Origin: a virus
Taxonomy: Duplodnaviria; Caudoviricetes
Virus record (IMG/VR): IMGVR_UViG_3300032219_002227
Location: 32,001-96,000 of that record
Direction: 5' to 3' (one strand)
DNA: 64,000 bases
Positions 40,850-50,075 of this stretch are shown in pieces. Numbering within the stretch: position 1 is the stretch's first letter; every line of letters starts with the position of its first letter. The translations under genes were made by a program, and so were the position numbers. The notes below the pieces were generated by a model, which was given only the letters and a program-made list of their open reading frames with translations, did no database searches and had not been told where the DNA came from.

Positions 40850-41032
40850 ATGGAAAAAGTTTATAATTACGTTACTGAATTTTTGTTTGGGGTTAGGGTA
40901 GAAGGTGAACCAATTGATATGTCACTTCCTAAACCACAAGATGTATCACCGAATGTTGATCCATTATTTTTTGAATGGTGTGAGGAATTTAAAGTCGGAT
41001 GTCAGTTTAAAAATAAACCTACCTTTTGGTAG
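40850..41032 (+). CDS. Hypothetical early protein
   Basis: ATG after hairpin-promoter 40801-40834. Confidence 0.65.
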   Translation: MEKVYNYVTEFLFGVRVEGEPIDMSLPKPQDVSPNVDPLFFEWCEEFKVGCQFKNKPTFW

Positions 41033-41076
41033 GCTAAATTATTTTTTTATATTTAATTAATTAAAAAATTAAAAAT

Positions 41077-41481
41077 ATGGCAACAAGATCTTACATCGGA
41101 ATTAGAAACACAGACGCCTCAGTTGATTACATTTATTGTCACTTTGATGGTTATCCAGAACACAACGGTAAAATTCTTAGGGAACATTACTCAAATATTA
41201 ATCGAGTAAACGAGTTATTGAAATTAGGTGATTTGAGTGTGTTGGGACAATTTATTGGTGAGAAAATGGATTTTGATAAGCGAGTTAGAGATACTTGTCT
41301 GGCGTATGGTAGAGATAGAGGTGAATCGAATGTAGATAAAAAGAATGGTGATTATGATAAGTTGATTACCGATCAAAGTGTTGATTATGTGTATGTGTTT
41401 GATGGTGATTATTGGGAGTGCCACAGCACATGGAACCCAGAACTAATTAATTTATACAATATGGAACAACAAAATAGCTAG
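41077..41481 (+). CDS. Conserved phage protein (MATRS.I...YCH.DGYP type)
   Basis: YIYCHFDGYP, GDLS.LG, AYGRDRGE, YVYVF. Confidence 0.75.
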   Translation: MATRSYIGIRNTDASVDYIYCHFDGYPEHNGKILREHYSNINRVNELLKLGDLSVLGQFIGEKMDFDKRVRDTCLAYGRDRGESNVDKKNGDYDKLITDQSVDYVYVFDGDYWECHSTWNPELINLYNMEQQNS

Positions 41482-41507
41482 TCATACTTTTAATTTTTAA
41501 TGGTTAC

Positions 41508-41536
41508 GCCTGGGGTTTCTACCCCGGGCTTTTTTT
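41508..41536 (+). terminator. Rho-independent terminator
   Basis: GCCTGGGGT-TTCT-ACCCCGGGC + T7. Confidence 0.85.
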
Positions 41537-41582
41537 CATTATGGCCAAAATTAATTGTTTATATTTATATAAATTAAATTAT

Positions 41583-41774
41583 ATGAGAATATTAGATGGT
41601 AAGGAAATATTAGATTTTGAAGGTATATTTATTGAGTTTAATGATGATGGAGTTGGAATGTTTTTGAGTGAGGATAAAAATTTAGATTTTGGTGAGTATG
41701 AGACTTGTGGTGATAGTGGAGAAGTTGAATTAGAGGGAGGAAGAATAATAAAGTGGGGAATATTATATGTTTAA
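41583..41774 (+). CDS. Acidic 63-aa early protein; only one C in CDS
   Basis: ATG after promoter 41544; no Ala/Pro/His/Gln, one Thr. Confidence 0.7.
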   Translation: MRILDGKEILDFEGIFIEFNDDGVGMFLSEDKNLDFGEYETCGDSGEVELEGGRIIKWGILYV

Positions 41775-41823
41775 TATTTGTTTTATTAGAATTAATTATG
41801 TATATTTATATAAATTAAAATGT

Positions 41824-42060
41824 ATGATTAAAAGTAATTATGATTTGGTTTTAGAAGTAATTAAGAATTATGAAAGTGAAAGAATATTAAATGATTTTAA
41901 GATTATTTTTATTGAGGGTGAGAATATAAGTAAAGAGGATTTTTGGAATTTTAATTATAAGTATATTGATGATATAAGTGAAGAATATTATATAAAATTA
42001 AATTGGAAGTATATTGAAAGTGAAGGTGATGAAAGTATATTTGATGGAGTTATGTTTTAA
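41824..42060 (+). CDS. Acidic 78-aa early protein; zero C in CDS
   Basis: ATG after TATATTTA at 41801; no Ala/Pro/His/Gln/Thr. Confidence 0.7.
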   Translation: MIKSNYDLVLEVIKNYESERILNDFKIIFIEGENISKEDFWNFNYKYIDDISEEYYIKLNWKYIESEGDESIFDGVMF

Positions 42061-42113
42061 ATTAAATTAAATTAGTCGAAATTAATTTATTATATTTATT
42101 AAAATTATAAGTT

Positions 42114-42305
42114 ATGAAGGTAAAAGAATTAATTAGTTTGTTAAGTGAAATGGATAGTGAATTGGATGTATTAGGTGAATTTGATAGTGATGGTGATGGG
42201 TTTATGATTAAGGTAGAAGTAGTAAATGTAGAGGAGGGGGATGGAATTGATGATGTTAATTATAATGATGATAGAAGGTATTGTATTATTAAATTAGATT
42301 GTTAA
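42114..42305 (+). CDS. Acidic 63-aa early protein (MKVKEL family); zero C in CDS
   Basis: Promoter 42075; N-terminus similar to 39945..40208. Confidence 0.75.
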   Translation: MKVKELISLLSEMDSELDVLGEFDSDGDGFMIKVEVVNVEEGDGIDDVNYNDDRRYCIIKLDC

Positions 42306-42379
42306 ATTAAAATTAATTAAAAAATATATAGGTGGTCAGAAATGATCACCTACATTTATTAAAATTAAAAATTAAAATT

Positions 42380-42544
42380 ATGGAATTGAATTTAAAGGAT
42401 GTAAATGATCTGTATTATGTAGTAGGTAGAATGATGCAGATAAATAAGAAGGATAGGATGTTTATTAGTGATGAGGAATTAGAAGCATTAAGTGAAAAAC
42501 TGGTTGAATTAATTGAGGTAAAATATGAGGAAGAAAATTATTAA
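42380..42544 (+). CDS. Acidic 54-aa early protein; four C in CDS
   Basis: ATG after hairpin-promoter 42335. Confidence 0.65.
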   Translation: MELNLKDVNDLYYVVGRMMQINKKDRMFISDEELEALSEKLVELIEVKYEEENY

Positions 42545-42601
42545 ATAAACATAGGTGGCCAGGAATGGTCACCTATATTCAACCTATAAAATTAAAACAA
42601 T

Positions 42602-43921
42602 ATGGAACGTACAATCATTAGAACCAAGTATTTAAACGTATCATTAGTGCCAGGTGTATTATTCGGAGTACTGTATGAAGATCAGGAACTAGGTATAGGT
42701 ATAGGGCCAGTAGCACTAACGATTAAATTATTCAATTTCAATCGTAGACGTAAAGTAACTAAATCCAAGTACGATATAGAGGTATTTTAAGGTTAGTAGT
42801 AATAATAAAACGGAGTGGGGCAAGGCCCCATTCATATATTCAACCTATAAAATTAAAACGTATGACAACATTTGACTTATTCATCCAGAAATTTCAGCTC
42901 GGACTTGCTATTGTAGTTTACTTAGGTGTAATGTTATTGTTTATTGATTCAATATTACCTAAAAAGAGAAAAATAATAAAGTAATAGTAGTCAAAATTAA
43001 ACACGTATATTCATCTTATAAAATTAAAACATATGACAAAGAAACAATTGTTAGAAAAATTGAACAGCTCAGAAGAATTAGTAAAGATTGCTTACGTACC
43101 AGTTTCTGAAGTAATTAATTGGGTAAATGAATTAGATGAAGCCGATACTGAGGTATTTAGTAATTTGGTAAAGGAAATAGCAAGTGAAATTGCAGACCAA
43201 GGTTTGGATTTGATTGAAGATTATGATTTGGAAATGAATTACAGGGAAGTAGAATTATCAACTGTAACGTTAGATGAGGGTAGGATAGAAAGAGCAATTA
43301 AAACAGCAATTAATAATTCCAGAGATTAAAATTAATTGCTAAAAATGGATATGGGTGGCCAGAAACGGCCACCTATATTCATGTTATAAAATTAACACGT
43401 ATGACACAGTTTCAACAAGCATTAATCGCAGCATCAGAAAGTAAGTTAAACACACCAACCGTAGGTACATCAAGCGGTAACGTTGATTATTTTGGTTACC
43501 AGTTAGCGGTACACAAGTACAATTTAGGGATAATGTCTCTAGGGATGAAATGCCGTAGTATCACATTCACCCAAATTAAAAAGTACTATGGATTGACAGG
43601 TAGGACAGCTAAGGAATGCTTACCTCAAATGGAGCAGCTGATGAAACAGTATAAGGTAGCGCTTCAAGGTTACGGTGATGAAAGTATAGTTGAGGTAATG
43701 GATATGAATTCCAGAACCAATTAAAACAAAAACGGGGTGGGCGCAAGCCCATCCCTATATTTAACTCAATAAAATAATAATATATGAATATGGTTAACGA
43801 AATAATGAGCGAAGCAGGGTTAGCGATAATAACCGCGGTAGCGATATTGATGTATGCAATGATCGCCAAGCCGGAAAGTGATATCACGTTTGATGAGATC
43901 GACCGCGCGAAGCGCGGTTGA
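42602..43921 (+). other. Small early CDS (42602-42790, 42862-42984, 43033-43329, 43401-43724, 43784-43921)
   Basis: Each follows one promoter copy; 42862 and 43784 translated manually (membrane peptides). Confidence 0.65.
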
Positions 43922-44040
43922 CGAAAGTGCGAGTGATATCGATACGGTATCGATCGATAGCGATCCGATAGCGATATGATAGCGCACTGCTCCCATCCCA
44001 ACCGCGGTCCATCGACGGCCCGGGAGCGGCCCGGTAAAAA
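43830..44040. repeat. CG-rich patch of palindromes and short repeats
   Basis: GTGATATCAC, TATCGATCGATA, ACCGCGGT x2, GATAGC x3, CGGCCCGG x2, ACCGCGC-GAA-GCGCGGT. Confidence 0.8.
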
Positions 44041-44136
44041 AATGACGTATTCTCGACTCGCAACATATCTTTTACCATCGACAATATATACGCATATACT
44101 TTCACATTTTGTCAATATTTATAACAAACATATAAT

Positions 44137-44457
44137 ATGAAACGCATAATTTTAATTTTAAGTATTATTTTTACATTATCGGGTTGTTTATCATATAGAG
44201 AAGTACCTACTAGTTATCGCTCTTTAAGTCCTTTTTATCCATATTTATATGACCCGATATACGATCTTTATCCAAATCCTTACTTATACCAACGCCCACG
44301 TACTATTATTATTACTCCAGCGCCTAGACCTAAAGTTTATTACAAACAAGAACCACGTAGGAATGCATTTGGTCCAACAGCACCACCATCAGCACCACGT
44401 CCACGTCCTCAGCAAGCTCCAATTCGTACGTTCCCAAAACGCGATAACGAAAAATAG
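44137..44457 (+). CDS. Proline-rich lipoprotein
   Basis: MKR + hydrophobic + LSGC lipobox; ATATTTATA at 44115. Confidence 0.7.
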   Translation: MKRIILILSIIFTLSGCLSYREVPTSYRSLSPFYPYLYDPIYDLYPNPYLYQRPRTIIITPAPRPKVYYKQEPRRNAFGPTAPPSAPRPRPQQAPIRTFPKRDNEK

Positions 44458-44521
44458 TTTAAACCCATTTTAACCCACTTTGCAATATTTCAAAGATCTT
44501 TTTTAATAACCTCTTTTATCG

Positions 44522-45156
44522 ATGAAAAAGTATATACAAGACGAAATACTATTAACTAAAGAAGCTATCGCAGAACATATATTAAGACAACGTATCGAAC
44601 AAGCTAACCGCTATGGTCTTACGTTGGAAGAGTTTATGCAAGCCATTGTTGAGGGTAAAACCATTACCCCAATCTCTGGTTCAATATCAAGCTAATATCC
44701 AAAATTTGCCTGTCAAAATAATATAATTAATTTCCAGGTATTATGAAATTAATAACACAAAAAGAAATTAAGGATTATATAGAACTCCCAGATAATGGAG
44801 ATCCATTTCGTATACGACATGCGATTGCGTTTACATTAACTCCTATAGATGATGAACCTGGATGGGAGAAAGTTACATACTATGGATCTAAGTCAGGTCC
44901 TAATTATCAATATATTTCTCATACACAATACGGTACTCGTGTTCGTGTTAATTATAATAAAAAATAAGTTATGAAAAAGTTTATTAGTAATTTAGTAATG
45001 ATTATTGGTCATTTATTTTTTGTAGTGATACATTATTTTTCAATTAAAATTAATGGGATAGATTGGTTTCAATTTTTTTCGTTTGCTATTATTCATGGAT
45101 TATGGTATGATTTTTATTTAGATTATTTAAAAAATCGTATATACGGATCGAAGTAG
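44522..45156 (+). other. Three small CDS (44522-44695, 44743-44967, 44971-45156)
   Basis: Manual translation plus ORF track. Confidence 0.55.
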
Positions 45157-45210
45157 TAGAAGTGATAGCCGTAATGCTATGGAGATAGAAATTTAACATA
45201 TTTATCATAG

Positions 45211-45747
45211 ATGGTATTTAAAATTAAAATGGAAGATAAAGCTGCTTTTTTAAATCGTATGAAAGATACGATTAAAAGTAGTCAAATTAAAGATAATGAA
45301 TTAGAAGATTATTTTGAAGTCACATCTAATAATCCTAAACAAATAGAAAATATTGAATTAATTCTAAAACAATCCCCAAAAATTAACACAATAAAAGAAA
45401 TGAAAAATAGACTAACTAGAAGCGAATTAAAAGAAATGGTTCGCCAACAATTGAAAGCTACTTTAGCTGAGAAAAAGAAAGCAGACGATAAAAAAAATAA
45501 AATTGATGAAGAAGTTACTACTGGTGCTGAAATGGCAGCTAAGCAAATGATGGGTGCTATTTCAAGTGGTGATCCATTTTGGACTGGTGTAGCTCTTGTA
45601 GGCGCAGTAGCTACAGGTTTTATTGCTGGCCCTAAAGTTATTCAAACAATTAAAGGTTACTATCAAGCATTAACTCGGAAAGATCCAGCTAAAGCTGAAA
45701 AATTAAAAAATACAGCTGAACAGGAAGGTTTAGATGTAGGAGTATAA
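45211..45747 (+). CDS. Hypothetical protein, possibly virion-associated
   Basis: Internal MKNRLTRSELKEMVRQQL motif; one hydrophobic segment. Confidence 0.55.
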   Translation: MVFKIKMEDKAAFLNRMKDTIKSSQIKDNELEDYFEVTSNNPKQIENIELILKQSPKINTIKEMKNRLTRSELKEMVRQQLKATLAEKKKADDKKNKIDEEVTTGAEMAAKQMMGAISSGDPFWTGVALVGAVATGFIAGPKVIQTIKGYYQALTRKDPAKAEKLKNTAEQEGLDVGV

Positions 45748-45767
45748 ATTTAACTATTTATTATATT

Positions 45768-45804
45768 GAAGTAGGGTATCTTGAAAAAGATGCCCTATTT
45801 CTTT
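45768..45804 (+). terminator. Hairpin terminator
   Basis: GAAGTAGGGTATCTT-GAA-AAAGATGCCCTATTTC-TTT. Confidence 0.7.
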
Positions 45805-45916
45805 GGAAATCCAAATTTTCTTTAGTAACTTATAACTACGAAAGTTAGTTAGTTAGGTTAGAGTAAGAGACGACGAGAAACGTAAAACGTCGTATATTTA
45901 TATATAAACATATATT

Positions 45917-46386
45917 ATGCGTTATAAAAACAATGTATTAGATAAGTTGACACAACTAGAAGCAGCTGCTAATAGAATTCAACTTCAAGTTAATAGAAAT
46001 ATGAGTCAAGAACAAGTTTTAGAATCTGTTGATATGCTGAAAGAACAGATTGAAAAAACTCGTGAACTTATTTCTTTAGAAGGTGATGATTTTGAACAAC
46101 AATTTGCAAACAGATGATTTGGGCTTGGATTTTAGGAATACATCTTACTGAGTTAGTTGCTGTTGGTATATTTCTACTTGTTAGACGTAATAATACGCTT
46201 GAGAAGGCTGTTATACAACAACAGCAATATCTTGATGCTATTAGTATTATTATTCAAAACTCTCAACAAAAATTAGATGAACTGGATGAAATGGGAGCTT
46301 TTAGATCTGATGATGAAGTAGGTACTTTCTTTAAAAATCTAAAAGAAATACAAGACATACTTAACGAGTTCAATACTAGAAAATAA
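45917..46386 (+). other. Two CDS (45917-46117 coiled coil; 46114-46386 TM + coiled coil with FRSDDEVGTFF)
   Basis: ORF track. Confidence 0.65.
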
Positions 46387-46439
46387 TTTGGTTATGTGAT
46401 TTCCTTTTATTATATTGAGATTAAAATTTAGAAATCACT

Positions 46440-47213
46440 ATGTCTTATTTTGATAATTACGGTGCTGATATATTTGCTGATGAGAAGATATCATTAACTA
46501 AACGAGGTCAACCACGTAAACGTAAACCAAAAGAACCTCGTATCTATTTCACCCAGGATACTGAAGATGCTATTGTAGAATATTTAGCTACTGTTGATAC
46601 TTCTGAACGTAATCGTATTTATAACGAGCGTATTGAATATGGCTTTTATAAACTAGCCGAAAATATTATTCATACGTTTAAATTCTATTACACAGATACT
46701 GATACTATTGAAGAGCTAAAACATGAAGTTATTACTTTCCTATTGGAAAAATTACACTTGTATAATCCTTCTAAAGGCAAAGCATTTTCTTACTTTGGCA
46801 CTATCGCCAAACGCTATCTTATTGTATATAATGAAAACAACTACAAGAAACTTCAGGAACGTGCTGATGTGGATGAGTCTGATGAAGATCAGATGCAGTT
46901 ATATGAGAATGATAAAAATTTAGAGAATCTATTTAATGAAAATAATTTCATGGATCAGTATATTCGATATATTGATACTCATATATACAAATTATTTCCT
47001 AAAAAACAAGACGCTCAAACAGCCGATGCAATTGTTGAATTATTTCGTAAACGTGAAACGTTAGAAATATTTAATAAGAAAGCACTATACATTTATATTC
47101 GTGAAATAACAGATGTATCAACACCTCAAATAACTAAAATAATTAAAAAATTAAAAGTAGTATACGTTCAACTATATAATGACTACTATCAACACGGGTA
47201 TATAAGGATTTAA
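46440..47213 (+). CDS. Phage sigma factor, T4 gp55-like (late transcription)
   Basis: KLAENII..FKFY...EELKHEVITFLLEKLHLYNPSKGKAFSYFGTIAKRYLI resembles sigma region 2; C-terminal HTH-like STPQITKII. Confidence 0.7.
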   Translation: MSYFDNYGADIFADEKISLTKRGQPRKRKPKEPRIYFTQDTEDAIVEYLATVDTSERNRIYNERIEYGFYKLAENIIHTFKFYYTDTDTIEELKHEVITFLLEKLHLYNPSKGKAFSYFGTIAKRYLIVYNENNYKKLQERADVDESDEDQMQLYENDKNLENLFNENNFMDQYIRYIDTHIYKLFPKKQDAQTADAIVELFRKRETLEIFNKKALYIYIREITDVSTPQITKIIKKLKVVYVQLYNDYYQHGYIRI

Positions 47214-47242
47214 TTATTTATATTTATACGCAAACACAATTT

Positions 47243-47632
47243 ATGGCTAATTTTGATGATGTTACTATATTCGGTAATACATCACTATCAGACCTGTTTA
47301 AGCAAATACATAGGAATAATAAGGATGTTGATAAACAAATTAACGAATTAATCGATACCCTTAAACCTATTGCTACTTCTAATGCAGGTTCCGCAGTGAT
47401 GTTAATGCCTACTGTTAAAGATTTAATTGATGTTAACGTTAAAAATAACGAACAATTAATTAAAATGGCAGGTATAGCACAACGTGCTACTACTGCTAAT
47501 GCTACTCAAGATACTAGTTTTATCGATATGGATGAAATTAATGCTTTGCTTGAAGAACAAAATATAATTAAAGAGCAAGGACAAAAATTACTTGAACAAG
47601 TTCCGCAACAACAACAACTTGAAAGTAAATGA
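47243..47632 (+). CDS. Hypothetical helical protein
   Basis: ATATTTATA at 47220. Confidence 0.65.
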   Translation: MANFDDVTIFGNTSLSDLFKQIHRNNKDVDKQINELIDTLKPIATSNAGSAVMLMPTVKDLIDVNVKNNEQLIKMAGIAQRATTANATQDTSFIDMDEINALLEEQNIIKEQGQKLLEQVPQQQQLESK

Positions 47633-48807
47633 GTATAAAAGTAAGAGATAACTTATCTTCTATAGTCACATCTATAGGAAAAAATAATTATACTTCTCCT
47701 AAAAAAACACAAGTAGGAAGAGTGTACGGTGTAGTTACTACTGAAAATACTCCTACAAAGGAAATGTTTGAAAAAGCTGGAGGATTTGGAGCTATAGGAA
47801 CTATATTTTATTTAGACTATGATATAGCTAAAACTATCACAGGTAGTATAGATGCTTCTTTTCTTGAATCTTGTAAGGTAGCTAAACCTGTATATCCTCA
47901 ATTTCAATGTTATCCCTTACTAGGAGAATTAGTTTATTTAGTAGACTTACCATCATCTGTATCTCAAGTATCAAATTTATCTTCTCAAAAATACTACATT
48001 ACTAGTGTTAATCTCTATAATAATCAACAGCAGAATTCTCAACCAGCAAACAATGATGCTAGTTTAGGTCTTACTTTTTCACAAAACTCTGATATTAGAC
48101 CTTTACTTCCTTTTGAAGGAGATAATATAACATCTGCTCGACAGGGTGCTGCTTTAAGATTTAGTACTACTACTAAATTATATAATGATTTAAATAATTG
48201 GAGTTCTATAGGATCAGAAGATAGTCCTATTACTATATTAACAAATGGATTAGCATATCAAACTGGAAGTCAATATTATGTCGAAAATATAAATAATGAT
48301 CTTTCTTCAATATACCTTACATCAACTCAAAACATTTCTTTAAAAACAGATAAAAATGGAGTTTTAAATAATCTTACTAATCCTTTAAATACATCTGATT
48401 ATTTTGGAGCTCAAATAATTTTTAACAGTGATAGAATCACTATTAATTCTAAAGTAGATGATGTAATGATATTTGCTACTAAAAATATAGAAATTAATAC
48501 TAAAAATATTATTAATTTAAATGCAGATGAGCGTGTTCATTTAAATGCTAATACTATATTTTTAGGACCATATAATAATACTAATACTCTTCAGCCTGTA
48601 TTATTAGGAAATAATACTATAGATTTACTTATACAATTAAATAAAACTTTAACTAGTCTTGCTAGTAGTTTATCTAAAACGGTTAGTACAAAGGAAGGAA
48701 CTCCTATAATATCCTTAAAAAAAGCAGGAACAGAGTTATTTGGAGATATTAAAAAATTGAATAAACTATTAAAAGATATTACTTCTAAAAAAGTATTTAC
48801 AGTATAA
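47629..48807 (+). CDS. Putative baseplate hub/spike (gp5/GpV-like)
   Basis: N-terminal OB-like YPLLGELV, FEGD, SSIYLTS, SDRITINSK beta-helix-like repeats, PVLLG. Confidence 0.55.
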   Translation: MSIKVRDNLSSIVTSIGKNNYTSPKKTQVGRVYGVVTTENTPTKEMFEKAGGFGAIGTIFYLDYDIAKTITGSIDASFLESCKVAKPVYPQFQCYPLLGELVYLVDLPSSVSQVSNLSSQKYYITSVNLYNNQQQNSQPANNDASLGLTFSQNSDIRPLLPFEGDNITSARQGAALRFSTTTKLYNDLNNWSSIGSEDSPITILTNGLAYQTGSQYYVENINNDLSSIYLTSTQNISLKTDKNGVLNNLTNPLNTSDYFGAQIIFNSDRITINSKVDDVMIFATKNIEINTKNIINLNADERVHLNANTIFLGPYNNTNTLQPVLLGNNTIDLLIQLNKTLTSLASSLSKTVSTKEGTPIISLKKAGTELFGDIKKLNKLLKDITSKKVFTV

Positions 48808-50063
48808 TGGCTAATAATGTTAACATAGCGTCTGTAATTTCTCCTGATATTGTTAGTACAATATCTAAATCTTCTTCTATTAAATCTTTTGGAGCTCAAT
48901 CAAAAGATAAAAGTAAAGAAATTTTAATAGTAGGAGACCAAACAAAAACAGCTCAAATAGATAATGAACTTGATTCTTTAACTGAGAAAGAACAAAAAGC
49001 AGGAGAAGAAAAATCTAAAACTGAGCAAGAAGCGTTATACAAATTTAATACAAAACAAATAACTCAAGATCAATATAATAAAATAACAGAAGCAACTTCT
49101 GTAGCTTTATTAGCTTCAAAAGCTCTTATTGATATAAATCGAGCAAAATTACAAAAAGATAAAGATAATATAAATAATAGTCCTTATACTTTATTACAAA
49201 ATAATCAAAAAATCAATGACAATAAGATTAAAACATTAGATAAAGATATAAAAAATACAGAAAATAAATCCAAAAAAGATTTAACTAAACAAGTACTATC
49301 TAATCCTACTAAAACATTGGCTTCTTTCTTATCACTCCAGTTGTCAAATAGTCTTTCTTTATTAGTATCTCAAAGAAAAAAATTAGAAGAATTAGTAGAT
49401 CAAGTAAATCTTTATATAGATACTCAAGTTAAAGATGAAACAACAGTTACTATAGCTACTAATTTAAGAAATAATGCTATAGCCTTAATTAATAACAGTA
49501 TTAAAAAAATAGATAATATTAATAAAGTAATTAAAACTATTAATACTATTATAATTACAATATCATTAATATTAGCTATAATAGAGCGAATTCTTAGTTT
49601 ACCTATACCTGTTTTACTCCCTTTGAAAGTTGAATTACAACCTAGACTTCAAAAAATATTAGGACTTTTATCAGCAATTAGTGTTATATTATCTATAGTT
49701 TCAGTATTATTATCTGATGAAATAATTAAACTTATAGAATTAAGAGAACGTTTAAAACAAATTAGTTTAAAATTAGATAATAAAGCTTTAGATAATCTAA
49801 ACGAACAACAATTAAACGATTTATCTAATACTTTTTTACCTGTAGGAATCGGAGAATTTCCTCCGTATAAAGGATTTAATTTTAAAATTAAAGAAGAACA
49901 AAATCTACAATTTGTTGTTAAAGGTAATAAACGTCGTTATGCTGTAGCTATTGATCGTTATGGTGTAGAAGCTATTAAAAGTGAATATTCATTTACACAA
50001 GATCCAAACGATTTAATAGAACAATTAAAATTAGTCATTGATCAACAAAACTTACAAGGTTAA
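48807..50063 (+). CDS. Hypothetical virion-module protein (coiled coil/hydrophobic)
   Basis: Position in baseplate module; C-terminal YKGF..KRRYAVA..SFT..LIEQLK. Confidence 0.55.
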   Translation: MANNVNIASVISPDIVSTISKSSSIKSFGAQSKDKSKEILIVGDQTKTAQIDNELDSLTEKEQKAGEEKSKTEQEALYKFNTKQITQDQYNKITEATSVALLASKALIDINRAKLQKDKDNINNSPYTLLQNNQKINDNKIKTLDKDIKNTENKSKKDLTKQVLSNPTKTLASFLSLQLSNSLSLLVSQRKKLEELVDQVNLYIDTQVKDETTVTIATNLRNNAIALINNSIKKIDNINKVIKTINTIIITISLILAIIERILSLPIPVLLPLKVELQPRLQKILGLLSAISVILSIVSVLLSDEIIKLIELRERLKQISLKLDNKALDNLNEQQLNDLSNTFLPVGIGEFPPYKGFNFKIKEEQNLQFVVKGNKRRYAVAIDRYGVEAIKSEYSFTQDPNDLIEQLKLVIDQQNLQG

Positions 50064-50075
50064 ATATTTATAATT

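Larger units (their letters stand above)
33005..43763 (+). promoter_or_regulatory. Repeated early-type promoter G(G/T/C)C-N12-13-TAYATTYA, about 20 copies in this interval
   Basis: Copies start at 33005, 35006, 35427, 35699, 36126, 36719, 36881, 38719, 38850, 39449, 39903, 40225, 40500, 40811, 41032, 41544, 42075, 42335, 42558, 42819, 42990, 43358, 43740; also 22358, 25260, 27659, 61529; each lies shortly upstream of an ATG. Confidence 0.85.

Noticed and set aside
39900-42379. Similar N-termini such as MVRICFVYL, MVKNDHL, MAKINCLYLYKL in ORF-track proteins
   Set aside because: These are translations of the repeated promoter/leader DNA; true starts are the downstream ATGs
33005-43763. CRISPR array or integron attC array reading of the repeats
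   Set aside because: Repeats are degenerate, separated by whole genes and promoter-like; no cas or integrase gene in the window
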